A stretch of 32,000 nt of DNA from Vibrio cholerae ATCC 14035. GTDB lineage: Bacteria; Pseudomonadota; Gammaproteobacteria; Enterobacterales; Vibrionaceae. The stretch lies in NCBI RefSeq assembly GCF_000621645.1, contig NZ_KK211323.1, positions 124,947 through 156,946 on the forward strand, given 5' to 3'. A program made the position numbers and the translations under genes. The notes under the pieces were generated by a model. The model did not search any database and was not told where the DNA came from. It was given only the letters and a program-made list of their open reading frames with translations. Of the stretch, positions 17,288 to 26,887 are shown in pieces; position 1 is the first letter of the stretch, and every line of letters begins with the position of its first letter.

Positions 17288-19413
17288 TGGATAACAACAA
17301 TGCATTTCAGCTCTCGTTTGATGAGCAGCATTACGCTTGGCTGGCGATTGATGTCCCGGGCGAAAAAATGAATACCCTGCAAGCGGCATTTGCAGAAGAG
17401 ATGCAAGCCGTTTTTGCAACGCTCAATGAAAAACGAGGACAGATCAAAGGGCTGATTATCCACTCTCTTAAGCCGGATAACTTTATTGCGGGTGCGGATG
17501 TCCGCATGTTGGAAGCTTGCCAATCGGTACATGAAGCACAAGCGTTAGCCTCGCAGGGGCAACAGATGTTCCAGCAGCTTGCCGATTTGCCTTTCCCTGT
17601 GGTCGCGGCGATTCACGGCCCTTGCTTAGGCGGTGGTTTAGAATTGGCTCTGGCGTGTGATTATCGTGTCTGTACTGAAGATGAGGTAACACGTCTAGGC
17701 TTACCAGAAGTGATGTTGGGTTTGCTTCCGGGCTCTGGCGGTACGCAGCGTTTACCACGTTTGATTGGTTTACTGCCTGCGCTGGACCTCATCTTAACGG
17801 GCAAACAATTGCGTGCCAAAAAGGCCAAGAAATTGGGTGTGGTTGATGCATGTGTTCCGCACTCAGTACTGTTGGATGTGGCCAAACGTCTTCTAGAAGA
17901 AAAAGGGCACAAAAAGCGCGCTCAAGTTACGCTACCGATCAAAGAAAAACTGCTCGCCAATACCGGCTTGGGGCGTAAGTTGATTTTTGACCAAGCGGCC
18001 AAGAAAACGCAGCAGAAAACGCGTGGTAACTACCCCGCAGCGCAAGCCATTTTAGAGGTCATTCAGTATGGCCTAGAAAAAGGGATGCATGCTGGCTTGG
18101 AATATGAAGCCAAGCGTTTCGCTGAATTGGTGATGACCCGAGAATCGAAAGCACTGCGCTCCATTTTCTTTGCGACCACAGAGATGAAAAAAGATCTCGG
18201 TGCGGATGCCAAACCCGCACCTGTGGCGGCTGTGGGCGTGCTCGGTGGTGGTTTGATGGGGGCTGGCATCAGTCACGTTACTGTGGCGAAAGCCAAAACA
18301 TCGGTGCGCATCAAAGATGTGGCGAATGATGGTGTGCTCAATGCCCTCAATTACAACTACAAGCTGTTTGATAAGCAGAGACAGCGCAAGATTTTGACTA
18401 AAGCACAGCTGCAAGCGCAGATGTCGCAGCTCTCGGGTGGGACTGGCTTTGTGGGTTTTGATCGCTGTGATGTAGTGATAGAGGCTGTGTTTGAAGACCT
18501 GAAACTTAAGCAACAAATGGTGGCGGATATTGAAGCGAATGCCAAACCGACAACGATTTTTGCGACCAACACATCCTCGCTGCCGATCCATCAGATCGCG
18601 AGCCAAGCGCAGCGTCCGCAAAATATTGTGGGTTTACATTATTTCAGCCCAGTTGAAAAAATGCCGTTGGTGGAAGTGATTCCTCACGCGACCACCTCGG
18701 ATGAAACCATTGCGACCGTGGTGACATTGGCACGTAAGCAGGGCAAAACACCGATTGTTGTTAAAGACTGTGCTGGTTTTTATGTCAACCGCATTTTAGC
18801 GCCTTATATGAATGAAGCCGCGCAAGTGCTGATGGCGGGTGAACCTATCGAAAAACTCGATGCTGCGTTACTGGATTTTGGTTTCCCAGTGGGGCCTATC
18901 ACCTTGCTTGATGAAGTAGGGGTCGATATCGGAGCCAAGATCATGCCGATTTTGGTTAAAGAGCTTGGGCCGCGTTTCCAAGGACCGGACGTCTTTGATG
19001 TGCTTTTGAAAGATAACCGTAAAGGCCGGAAAAGCGGTAAAGGTTTCTACACCTACAAAGGCAGCAAGAAGAAAGAAGTCGATAAATCCGTTTATAAACT
19101 GCTGAAGTTAACCCCGGAATCTAAGCTAAACGACAAAGAAATCGCGATGCGTTGCTTGTTGCCTATGCTCAATGAGGCGGTTCGTTGTCTCGATGAAGGC
19201 ATTATTCGCAGTGCACGTGATGGCGATATGGGCGCGATTTTTGGCATCGGTTTCCCGCCGTTCTTAGGTGGGCCTTTCCGTTACATGGACACGCTTGGTT
19301 TAACCAAAGTGGTGGAAATGATGAACCAACACACCGAGAAATATGGAGAGCGGTTTGCTCCATGTGACGGTTTGTTGACGAGAGCGGGATTGGGCGAGAA
19401 GTTCTACCCCTAG
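17287..19413 (+). CDS. fadJ: Enoyl-CoA hydratase / 3-hydroxyacyl-CoA dehydrogenase / epimerase (beta-oxidation complex, alpha subunit)
   Basis: The ATG at 17287 overlaps the fadI stop (TAATG). It has an N-terminal crotonase fold ([11 protein letters not shown]) and a central NAD-binding GGGLMGAGI 3-hydroxyacyl-CoA dehydrogenase domain. Length is 708 aa. Confidence 0.95.
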   Translation: MDNNNAFQLSFDEQHYAWLAIDVPGEKMNTLQAAFAEEMQAVFATLNEKRGQIKGLIIHSLKPDNFIAGADVRMLEACQSVHEAQALASQGQQMFQQLADLPFPVVAAIHGPCLGGGLELALACDYRVCTEDEVTRLGLPEVMLGLLPGSGGTQRLPRLIGLLPALDLILTGKQLRAKKAKKLGVVDACVPHSVLLDVAKRLLEEKGHKKRAQVTLPIKEKLLANTGLGRKLIFDQAAKKTQQKTRGNYPAAQAILEVIQYGLEKGMHAGLEYEAKRFAELVMTRESKALRSIFFATTEMKKDLGADAKPAPVAAVGVLGGGLMGAGISHVTVAKAKTSVRIKDVANDGVLNALNYNYKLFDKQRQRKILTKAQLQAQMSQLSGGTGFVGFDRCDVVIEAVFEDLKLKQQMVADIEANAKPTTIFATNTSSLPIHQIASQAQRPQNIVGLHYFSPVEKMPLVEVIPHATTSDETIATVVTLARKQGKTPIVVKDCAGFYVNRILAPYMNEAAQVLMAGEPIEKLDAALLDFGFPVGPITLLDEVGVDIGAKIMPILVKELGPRFQGPDVFDVLLKDNRKGRKSGKGFYTYKGSKKKEVDKSVYKLLKLTPESKLNDKEIAMRCLLPMLNEAVRCLDEGIIRSARDGDMGAIFGIGFPPFLGGPFRYMDTLGLTKVVEMMNQHTEKYGERFAPCDGLLTRAGLGEKFYP

Positions 19414-19444
19414 TATCCGGTGAGACTATCCCCTTATCACGAAT

Positions 19445-19475
19445 AGAAAGAGGCCGAGTGCCTCTTTCTTATTGC
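19445..19475 (+). terminator. Rho-independent terminator of fadIJ
   Basis: 10-bp stem agaaagaggc (19445-19454) / gcctctttct (19460-19469) followed by a T-rich tail. Confidence 0.75.
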
Positions 19476-19539
19476 GAGTGATTCTCAAAAATCTGTGCTA
19501 GGATGAAACATAAAATCAAGAAGTAACAAGGAATTCAAA

Positions 19540-20088
19540 ATGGAAGCGCTCGATTTATTGCTCAACCGTCGTTCAATTGCCAAATTGGATGCGCCAGCAC
19601 CACAAAATGAGGCATTGGATAATATTTTGCGCGCGGGTTTACGCGCTCCAGATCATGGTGCTTTGACTCCATGGCGTTTTGTGGTTGCACAAGGTGAAGG
19701 GTTAGCCAAACTTGCCGCCATTTTAGAGCAAGCGGAGATTGCCAACGGCAGTGATGAAGCGGTGATCAGTAAAGCGAAAAATGCGCCTTTTCGCGCACCC
19801 ATGGTGATCACAGTGATCGCTAAAGTCACTCACAGTGAAAAGATCCCTGCGTTTGAGCAGCATCTATCCGCCGGTTGTGCAGTACAAGCCATGCAAATGG
19901 CGGCCGTAGCACAAGGGTTTCAGGGGATTTGGCGCTCTGGAAGTTGGATGTTCCATCCGGTTGTCCGTCGTGCTTTCAATGTACAAGGCGAAGATCACAT
20001 TGTCGGTTTTCTCTATCTTGGGACTCCCGGGACTACGGCAGCTAAAGTGCCCGAACGTGAGCTTAGCAAGTATGTGGAGTATCTCTAA
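19540..20088 (+). CDS. NAD(P)H nitroreductase family protein (YdjA-like)
   Basis: The 182-aa product starts LLNRRS..K, the typical nitroreductase N-terminus, and contains PDHG.L.PWRF and the small YdjA-type fold. AAGGAATTCAAA precedes the ATG. Confidence 0.8.
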   Translation: MEALDLLLNRRSIAKLDAPAPQNEALDNILRAGLRAPDHGALTPWRFVVAQGEGLAKLAAILEQAEIANGSDEAVISKAKNAPFRAPMVITVIAKVTHSEKIPAFEQHLSAGCAVQAMQMAAVAQGFQGIWRSGSWMFHPVVRRAFNVQGEDHIVGFLYLGTPGTTAAKVPERELSKYVEYL

Positions 20089-20110
20089 ATACGCAGTTCT
20101 GGCAGTAAGG

Positions 20111-20133
20111 AAAAAGGGCGCGAAGCCCTTTTT
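20111..20133. terminator. Bidirectional terminator between the convergent nitroreductase gene and aphB
   Basis: Hairpin aaaaagggc (20111-20119) / gcccttttt (20125-20133). The A/T runs give a U-tail in both orientations. Confidence 0.75.
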
Positions 20134-20164
20134 CTATTGAAATTCTTTATAAAAAGACGAGTGT

Positions 20165-21040
20165 TTATTGCAGGTGGTAGCCAATCACAAAATCAATAAA
20201 CAGACGCACTTTTTCTGGCTGGTGATCTTTGTGGTTATACAGCATGTAGATATCCCGCGGATTTGAGCTCCAATCCGACAGCACTTGTACCAAACTGCCA
20301 TCCTCAAGAAATTCACGCAGCATCACATCGGGCATGAGCGTAATGCCTAAACCTTCTGAACATGCGCTGCGAACAACATTCAGTGCGCTGGCTTGAAAAC
20401 GGCCGCGATCACTGTTGACGACAGTTTCACCTTGGCTGTTGGTCAGTTGCCATTTGAGCAATGGATAACCTTTGAGTAACTGATGTTGATGCAACTCTTC
20501 AGCATGAGTCGGTTGCGGATGGCTCGACAAGTATTGAGGGCTGGCAACCAAAATGTCTTTTACTTCACCGATTTTACGAGCTATCAAGCTGGAATCACGC
20601 TGTGGGCCAACTCGGAAAATCACATCCCATTCAGTGGGGTCGAGATCGTCGGCTTGGTTACTCATCATCAGCTCAATATGAATATCGGGGTATTTTTCCA
20701 TAAAGGCATTGAACATCGGCATCATCATTCGTTTTGTCAGATTGGATGGTGCAGAAATACGAATGCGTCCCGACGCACCACGACATTCATCGGTGATCTC
20801 TTCTGTCATTGAAGCGAGACGCTCCAGCAGGGGAGAGCAATCTTTGTAGAAACGTTCGCCCGCTTCGGTCAGAGTCAGTTTACGAGCGTGACGATTGAGC
20901 AACCTAAGGTTTAGGGAATCCTCCAAGGCTTGGATCCGTCTTGTGATCGTTGCCACAGGGATCATGGTTTTTTTTGAAGTTGAGGTATAGCTTCCATTTT
21001 CGACAACCAGTCGAAAGAGGTTTAGGTCATCTAGTTTCAT
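20165..21040 (-). CDS. aphB: LysR-family transcriptional regulator AphB (virulence-cascade activator in V. cholerae)
   Basis: It has an N-terminal LysR wHTH (MKLDDLNLFRLVVENGSYTSTSKK...) and a C-terminal LysR substrate domain. The product from the first ATG (21040) is 291 aa, with Asn100-Leu101. Cysteines fall at 68/86/227, which become 76/94/235 if counted from the upstream TTG at 21064. Both numbering sets match what I recall from the AphB literature. Confidence 0.85.
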   Translation of the reverse strand: MKLDDLNLFRLVVENGSYTSTSKKTMIPVATITRRIQALEDSLNLRLLNRHARKLTLTEAGERFYKDCSPLLERLASMTEEITDECRGASGRIRISAPSNLTKRMMMPMFNAFMEKYPDIHIELMMSNQADDLDPTEWDVIFRVGPQRDSSLIARKIGEVKDILVASPQYLSSHPQPTHAEELHQHQLLKGYPLLKWQLTNSQGETVVNSDRGRFQASALNVVRSACSEGLGITLMPDVMLREFLEDGSLVQVLSDWSSNPRDIYMLYNHKDHQPEKVRLFIDFVIGYHLQ

Positions 21041-21287
21041 CGTTTCTGACACATTATGTTGCAACTATCGCTAATTTATACACATATAAGCCGATAAATT
21101 TTGCGTGATGTCAACTTGTAAGATGATTTATTGAAAACCATACATCTTGTGATTGATTAAATTTCAGGCCCCACGGTTTGTGTAATGCCCAGTTCGCGGC
21201 TACTTTTTAATTAATCAATAATTCAACTTTTCCGCCGCAAGCTAATGGTGACTTGTGCGGTAGACTTTATTAGTGAGGTCGATGTTT

Positions 21288-22379
21288 ATGTATAAATCTC
21301 ACATCCCGGAAGACTGCGAAGAAGAAGCGCAGATAACGGCAGCAAAGCTGATTTTGCTGGTGGATGACGATCCTGTTTTCCGACGAATGACCAAAGGCTA
21401 TCTTCAAAAATATGGCTATCAAGTGATCGAAGCTGAAAACGGTTTGGATGGTTTGCGAAAATTGCGTGATCACGAGCCAGACTTGATTCTGTGTGATTTG
21501 TCCATGCCTGTGCTTAACGGAATTGAGTTCGTTGAGGAGGTCAGTTCGTCCTATCCTTCTTTGCCTCTGGTTGTTGTTTCGGCCACCGAAGAAATGGCCG
21601 ATGTGGCTAAAGCGCTGCGCTTTGGGATTAAAGATTTTCTACCCAAACCGATCACCAATCATTCACATCTTGCGAGCGCAATAGAAAAAGTGTTGGCGAA
21701 TGATGATCATCAACGAGATTTTGCAAGTTGTTGGTATGGTGCTGATCGCCAAGGGAGTATCCCTGAAGAGCAAGAGTTGCATTGGCATTTACAATATTTG
21801 AAAGACAACCCCAATGCTGCCAAAGAATTGCTCGAAGCACTATTACCAGAAAAGGATTCTCAGCTTGGGAGCTGGAAATGCAGCTATCGATTACTACAGT
21901 CCGCCGAATTGATGCCACTGGTTTTTGACTACGCTTGGCTTATGAACGGTCAATTTGTGTTCTATGTGGTTGATGCCGCGAGCCATCGTGAGTGTGGGGC
22001 AGCTTCTACATTGCTGGTGCGCGCCTTGTTCCATGATTATTTGCGAAATCTGCGTAACTTTAGTGTCGAACTAAAAGATCTTGCCGAAATCATCGAACGG
22101 GGAATCCATTGTTCTGAGTGTATTGGTAAAGTTTCTGCCCTGTTTGGGGTGGCTGATCTTGCTGATGGTACTTTGTCACTATTACCCGCGGGGCTTGATT
22201 GCCAGTGGTCAAACGGCTACGTACACAATCGGATTACTTCTGGTGTTCAGCTAGGTGATAATAGCCTGCGCAATTTCATCACCAAAGATTTGCCGATTCG
22301 TGCTGCTTGTCAAATCAGTTTAAGTAAACCCAGTGCCTACAGTTTTACTTTGGATCTCTATCAAGGTTGTGAGGGGTGA
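21288..22379 (+). CDS. rssB: Response regulator RssB (RpoS-degradation adaptor): REC domain plus degenerate PP2C-like domain
   Basis: The REC domain has LLVDDD and a phospho-acceptor context LILCDLSMP. VVSATEEMADVAKALRFGIKDFLPKP and DNPNAAKELLEALLP align closely with the remembered E. coli RssB (VISATENMADIAKALRLGVEDVLLKP, DNPAAAAKLLQELQP). The start is ambiguous (GTG 21273, ATG 21282, ATG 21288). I chose 21288 because of the GAGGT at 21275-21279. Confidence 0.8.
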   Translation: MYKSHIPEDCEEEAQITAAKLILLVDDDPVFRRMTKGYLQKYGYQVIEAENGLDGLRKLRDHEPDLILCDLSMPVLNGIEFVEEVSSSYPSLPLVVVSATEEMADVAKALRFGIKDFLPKPITNHSHLASAIEKVLANDDHQRDFASCWYGADRQGSIPEEQELHWHLQYLKDNPNAAKELLEALLPEKDSQLGSWKCSYRLLQSAELMPLVFDYAWLMNGQFVFYVVDAASHRECGAASTLLVRALFHDYLRNLRNFSVELKDLAEIIERGIHCSECIGKVSALFGVADLADGTLSLLPAGLDCQWSNGYVHNRITSGVQLGDNSLRNFITKDLPIRAACQISLSKPSAYSFTLDLYQGCEG

Positions 22380-22548
22380 TTTTTCCGCCTAAAGTGTGAG
22401 TGTGATTGTAACTTTGCATCGAGCTGCTAATAACCTTATACATTGTCAGTGTTTGTTGCAGCTCGCTTTCGTTATAGTTCCGACCACAAAATTAATGAGG
22501 CTACCTTAGAGTTGCCCAGTTTAAAGTCACCCAAAAGAGAAAATTACA

Positions 22549-22680
22549 ATGGCAAACCAAGAGTTCAAAGAACCCTTCAATATCTATTACTTTCTAGGCG
22601 TGGTTGCAGTCCTGCTGATCCCGACTCTGCCTGCGACACTGACTTGGATTCGTGTATTTAACGGGTACGCTGGATTTTAA
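22549..22680 (+). CDS. Candidate 43-aa single-TM small protein, translationally coupled to ybaN (not in the ORF track)
   Basis: Hand translation gives MANQEFKEPFNIYYFLGVVAVLLIPTLPATLTWIRVFNGYAGF*. The hydrophobic core is about 22 residues. The stop TAA (22678-22680) overlaps the ybaN ATG (22680-22682) as TAATG. Only a weak AGAGA SD is present. Confidence 0.35.
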   Translation: MANQEFKEPFNIYYFLGVVAVLLIPTLPATLTWIRVFNGYAGF

Positions 22681-23078
22681 TGCGTTCATCCTTACCACGT
22701 TTTTTGTTCAGTGTTATTGGAATAACCAGTCTATGCCTAGGGATACTGGGCATATTTCTTCCTCTTCTGCCCACCACCCCCTTTATCTTACTGTCTAGTG
22801 CTTGTTTTTTACGCAGCAGTCCTCGGTTCTATCGCTGGTTGAATCAACATGCGACATTTGGCCCTATGATTCAAAACTGGCAACAACATGGCGCGGTCAG
22901 TAAAGTGGTGAAAAAGCGTGCCACACTCTTTATCGTGCTGAGTTTTGCCTTTTCGATCTGGATGGTTCCTTGGCTGTGGCTCAAGGTTGCGCTGTTTATC
23001 TGGCTTGTGCTTTTGATCACTTGGTTTATCCGTTTACCAACCCATGAGCTGGTTGCTAACCAACAAGAAAATCACTAG
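22680..23078 (+). CDS. ybaN: Inner-membrane protein YbaN (DUF454)
   Basis: The motif [28 protein letters not shown] matches E. coli YbaN ([28 protein letters not shown]). It sits directly upstream of apt-dnaX-ybaB-recR, as in E. coli. Confidence 0.85.
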   Translation: [132 protein letters not shown]

Positions 23079-23094
23079 CATTAGCGGGAAGTGT

Positions 23095-23123
23095 GCCCAC
23101 TCTTCGAGTGGGCTTTGTTTTTT
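23095..23123 (+). terminator. Rho-independent terminator of ybaN
   Basis: Stem gcccactc (23095-23102) / gagtgggc (23106-23113) followed by tttgtttttt. Confidence 0.8.
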
Positions 23124-23209
23124 CAGTGCTGTCGTTCCCTTGTGGCAGACGGCTCCGAAATTGTTCTGTCATCACCTAAGGTGATGAAGCAACTGAAGTT
23201 AAAGTAACT

Positions 23210-23755
23210 ATGACAACTGAAACTCTTTCACTGATCAAATCCAGCATCAAAAGTATTCCTGACTACCCGAAAAAAGGCATTCTGTTTCGTGATGTGACCA
23301 GCTTGCTGGAAGATGCCCAAGCCTACCAAGCGACCATTCAACTTCTGGTTGAAAAGTACAAAGACATGGGTTTTACCAAGGTTGTGGGCACAGAAGCGCG
23401 TGGTTTCTTATTTGGTGCTCCTCTAGCACTAGAACTGGGTGTCGGCTTTGTGCCTGTGCGTAAGCCGGGTAAATTGCCGCGTCAAACCGTCGCTCAATCT
23501 TATGAGCTGGAATACGGTACTGATACGCTCGAAATTCATGTGGATGCGATCAAACCGGGCGACAAAGTACTGGTGGTGGATGACCTGCTGGCGACCGGTG
23601 GTACGATTGAAGCGACCACTAAGCTTATCCGTCAATTAGGGGGAGAAGTCGAGCACGCTGCCTTCGTGATCAACTTGCCAGAAATTGGTGGTGATAAGCG
23701 CCTTGAAGGGTTAGGCTTGCAGGTTTACAGCATCTGTGAATTTGAAGGTCACTAA
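23210..23755 (+). CDS. apt: Adenine phosphoribosyltransferase
   Basis: The 181-aa product carries the PRPP-binding motif [13 protein letters not shown] and the flexible-loop region YELEYG. Confidence 0.95.
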   Translation: MTTETLSLIKSSIKSIPDYPKKGILFRDVTSLLEDAQAYQATIQLLVEKYKDMGFTKVVGTEARGFLFGAPLALELGVGFVPVRKPGKLPRQTVAQSYELEYGTDTLEIHVDAIKPGDKVLVVDDLLATGGTIEATTKLIRQLGGEVEHAAFVINLPEIGGDKRLEGLGLQVYSICEFEGH

Positions 23756-23773
23756 CCGACAACGGATATTGGA

Positions 23774-25852
23774 ATGAGTTATCTTGCTTTAGCACGCAAA
23801 TGGCGTCCGACACGATTTAGCGAAGTGGTCGGACAATCCCATGTTTTAACCGCTTTAGAGAACGCTTTGGCGCAAAACCGTTTGCACCATGCGTACTTGT
23901 TTAGTGGCACTCGAGGCGTGGGTAAGACCACCATAGGTCGTTTGTTTGCGAAGGGGCTCAACTGCGAGACGGGCATAACGGCTACGTCTTGCGGCCAGTG
24001 TGCAACCTGTCAAGAAATTGATCAGGGACGCTTTGTGGATCTGCTCGAGATTGACGCTGCATCACGCACCAAAGTGGAAGATACGCGCGAGCTACTCGAC
24101 AACGTGCAGTACAAACCTGCGCGTGGACGCTTCAAAGTTTACCTGATCGATGAAGTTCATATGCTCTCGCGTCACAGCTTCAATGCGCTACTGAAAACGC
24201 TTGAAGAGCCGCCTGAGTATGTGAAGTTTTTGCTGGCAACCACTGATCCACAAAAGCTGCCTGTGACCATCTTGTCGCGCTGTTTGCAGTTCCATCTCAA
24301 ACCGATCAGTGTAGAAAATATCCAGCAGCAGCTCGATAAAGTGCTGCACGCCGAACAGATCTCGAGCGACAGCAAAGCACTCAATCTGCTCGCCCATGCT
24401 GCGGATGGCAGTATGCGCGATGCTCTTAGCTTGACCGATCAAGCGATTGCGTTGGGCAATGGCGTTGTGAAAAGTGACATCGTCGCGCGCATGCTTGGCA
24501 CGCTAGACACGGATCATGCCCTGCATCTCTTGCAAGCCATCAGCTTGCAAACGCCACAAGCAGTCATGGATTGCATCGAAACACTTGCCCCAAATGGCGT
24601 AGAGTGGGATGGATTGCTGCAACAGCTTTCGACTCAACTGCATCGAATTGCTATGTACCAAGCGCTGCCTGCCACCTTGGATAAATCGCTGCCAGAGGCA
24701 TCGCGTATTGAGTCGTTGGCCAAAACCTTAGCGCCGCAAGATGTGCAGCTTTACTACCAAATTGCGCTCAAAGGTCGACAAGATTTACCACTGTCACCCA
24801 CGGCGCGAATTGGCATTGAAATGTTGATGCTGCGTATGATGGCGTTTCGTCCATCTCACGTCTCCTTGGCGAGTGTGATTTTGCCACCCAATACGGCAGT
24901 GACAGCTCCAACAATCGCGGCACCGACTTCTCAAATGGCGACTTCAGCACCGCAACCACAACCCGTTGCGCAGTCAAACGTATCGCAACCTGCCTCGCAA
25001 GCGATACCTTACTCTGTCGCACCGCCAATGATGGCAGCACAGCCTGTGGTAGAAAGCGCGGTGCCAGTCACTCAGCGAGAAGCATCACACTCGATAAACG
25101 CTCCAGAAGTCTCTGTTGTCACCAATACCGACACGCAGAGTCAGGCCAGCATGCCAGCCCTAGCAGGGTTGCGTCATCAACTGCGCTCTAAGCGACAAGA
25201 AGTACAAAACAAAGGCGCGGATGGAAAAAAGTCTGACGCGACATCTGCTACTCCAGCGTCGGCGCTAGAGCGTATTGCGCAGAGAGCACAACAAGTGCAG
25301 GTGTCGCCAGAACGCAATGATGAAGATGAGTTGGAGCCCGAAGAGGAAATCTATCAATGGCGTCCGATGCAACCTATCGAAGTGGCGGTAAAAAGTGAAG
25401 TCACGCCAACGCAACTGAAAAAAGCGTTAGAGCATGAAAAAACGCCGGAAATGGGAGCGAAGTTGATTGAAGAAGCGGTCGCGCAAGACGCGTGGTCGGC
25501 ATTGGTTCAACAGCTAGAGACTGCCAAAATGGTTGAGCAATTGGCGCTGAATTCCGCTTTTGCTCGTCAAGGCGATCAGATTTCTCTAACGCTGCGTCCA
25601 AGTCATGCCCATCTGCACAACGAAAAAGCGCAGCAAGAGTTAGAACAGGCATTGAATCATGTGCTTGGTGAAGCTTGTTCATTAAACATTACCGTCGGGC
25701 AAGAGGGTGAAACACCCCTTGAGCTGCGTGAGCGGCTCTACCAGCAGAAACTCACTTCTGCGCTGCACAGTTTACAAACTGATCCAAACGTGCAGTTTAT
25801 TGAGCGTCGATTTAATGCGCAGCTCGATAGTGACAGCGTACGACCCATTTAA
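23774..25852 (+). CDS. dnaX: DNA polymerase III subunits tau/gamma
   Basis: AAA+ clamp-loader motifs are present: GTRGVGKTT (Walker A), DEVHML (Walker B), the SRC motif (ILSRCLQF), and the zinc module CGQCATC. A Pro/Ala/Gln-rich linker leads to the tau-specific C-terminus. Confidence 0.95.
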   Translation: MSYLALARKWRPTRFSEVVGQSHVLTALENALAQNRLHHAYLFSGTRGVGKTTIGRLFAKGLNCETGITATSCGQCATCQEIDQGRFVDLLEIDAASRTKVEDTRELLDNVQYKPARGRFKVYLIDEVHMLSRHSFNALLKTLEEPPEYVKFLLATTDPQKLPVTILSRCLQFHLKPISVENIQQQLDKVLHAEQISSDSKALNLLAHAADGSMRDALSLTDQAIALGNGVVKSDIVARMLGTLDTDHALHLLQAISLQTPQAVMDCIETLAPNGVEWDGLLQQLSTQLHRIAMYQALPATLDKSLPEASRIESLAKTLAPQDVQLYYQIALKGRQDLPLSPTARIGIEMLMLRMMAFRPSHVSLASVILPPNTAVTAPTIAAPTSQMATSAPQPQPVAQSNVSQPASQAIPYSVAPPMMAAQPVVESAVPVTQREASHSINAPEVSVVTNTDTQSQASMPALAGLRHQLRSKRQEVQNKGADGKKSDATSATPASALERIAQRAQQVQVSPERNDEDELEPEEEIYQWRPMQPIEVAVKSEVTPTQLKKALEHEKTPEMGAKLIEEAVAQDAWSALVQQLETAKMVEQLALNSAFARQGDQISLTLRPSHAHLHNEKAQQELEQALNHVLGEACSLNITVGQEGETPLELRERLYQQKLTSALHSLQTDPNVQFIERRFNAQLDSDSVRPI
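25225..25236 (+). other. Candidate programmed -1 ribosomal frameshift site in dnaX (gamma subunit production)
   Basis: In the zero frame, GGA AAA AAG contains the heptamer A-AAA-AAG (25225-25231), identical to the E. coli dnaX slippery site. The -1 frame then reads GTC TGA (25231-25236), an immediate stop after one codon, as in E. coli. Confidence 0.6.
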
Positions 25853-25922
25853 CTGGGGTTGAAACCTAAGTGTCTCACCCCCACACTATGTGAAACATTC
25901 AACGATAACCAGAGAGATAAAG

Positions 25923-26252
25923 ATGTTTGGTAAAGGCGGAATGGGCAACCTGATGAAGCAAGCCCAACAAATGCAAGAGCGTATGCAAAAGCTGCAAGAA
26001 GAGATCGCAAACATGGAAGTGACCGGTGAATCCGGTGCTGGCCTTGTGAAAGTGACCGTCACTGGCAGCCACAGCGTGCGCCGTGTCAACATCGATGAAA
26101 GTCTGATGGAAGACGACAAAGAGATGCTGGAAGATTTGATTGCTGCCGCATTTAATGATGCCGCTCGTCGTATCGAAGAGACGCAAAAAGAAAAAATGGC
26201 TTCAATCACCGGTGGAATGCAACTGCCTCCGGGCATGAAAATGCCATTCTAA
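25923..26252 (+). CDS. ybaB: Nucleoid-associated protein YbaB/EbfC
   Basis: [27 protein letters not shown]... is the canonical YbaB N-terminus. Length is 109 aa, and the gene lies between dnaX and recR. Confidence 0.9.
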   Translation: MFGKGGMGNLMKQAQQMQERMQKLQEEIANMEVTGESGAGLVKVTVTGSHSVRRVNIDESLMEDDKEMLEDLIAAAFNDAARRIEETQKEKMASITGGMQLPPGMKMPF

Positions 26253-26266
26253 TCTGAGCTGAATTT

Positions 26267-26869
26267 ATGCGTACCAGTCACATGCTGGAACATTTGATGG
26301 AAGCATTACGCTGCCTGCCGGGTGTTGGCCCAAAATCAGCGCAGCGTATGGCATTCCATCTGTTACAGCGCGATCGTAAAGGTGGTTTACAACTGGCTGA
26401 GGCACTGAGTCAGGCGATGGTCGAAATCGGCCATTGTCAGGAGTGCCGAACTTTTACTGAGCAGGATGTTTGTCACATCTGTAGCAACCCAAAACGTAAA
26501 GAAAATGGTCAGTTGTGTGTGGTTGAAAGCCCAGCAGATATTGCGGCGCTAGAAGCTACCGGTCAATTTTCTGGTCGCTATTTTGTGTTGATGGGGCACT
26601 TATCACCGCTGGATGGTATTGGCCCGAGCGATATTGGCCTCGATACGCTGGATTATCGCTTGCAACGCGGTGATATCAGTGAGGTGATCCTCGCCACTAA
26701 CCCGACGGTGGAAGGTGAGGCGACCGCGCAATACATTGCCGAGTTGTGTCGTGAGCATCAAGTCACCGCAAGCCGCATTGCACATGGTGTTCCCGTGGGC
26801 GGCGAACTTGAGTTGGTGGATGGCACGACCTTATCCCATTCGCTGTTGGGCCGTCACAAACTGTTTTAA
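26267..26869 (+). CDS. recR: Recombination protein RecR
   Basis: [24 protein letters not shown] (HhH) is nearly identical to E. coli RecR. The C4 zinc finger (CQEC...CHIC) and Toprim domain are present. Confidence 0.95.
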   Translation: MRTSHMLEHLMEALRCLPGVGPKSAQRMAFHLLQRDRKGGLQLAEALSQAMVEIGHCQECRTFTEQDVCHICSNPKRKENGQLCVVESPADIAALEATGQFSGRYFVLMGHLSPLDGIGPSDIGLDTLDYRLQRGDISEVILATNPTVEGEATAQYIAELCREHQVTASRIAHGVPVGGELELVDGTTLSHSLLGRHKLF

Positions 26870-26887
26870 CTCAGCCTCAAAAATTAC

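Noticed and set aside
21056-21075. Possible AphB autoregulatory box near TGCAA in the aphB leader (atgttgcaactatcgctaatt)
   Set aside because: Only the first half-site resembles the TGCAA-N7-TTGCA motif I recall for AphB. The second half (taatt) does not match, and the GTTGCAAC palindrome alone is too short to call.
22443-22661. 72-aa track ORF between rssB and ybaN
   Set aside because: It has no SD and no recognisable domain, with an Arg/Ser/Cys-rich composition. An alternative frame gives a more plausible TM small ORF coupled to ybaN, reported separately at low confidence.
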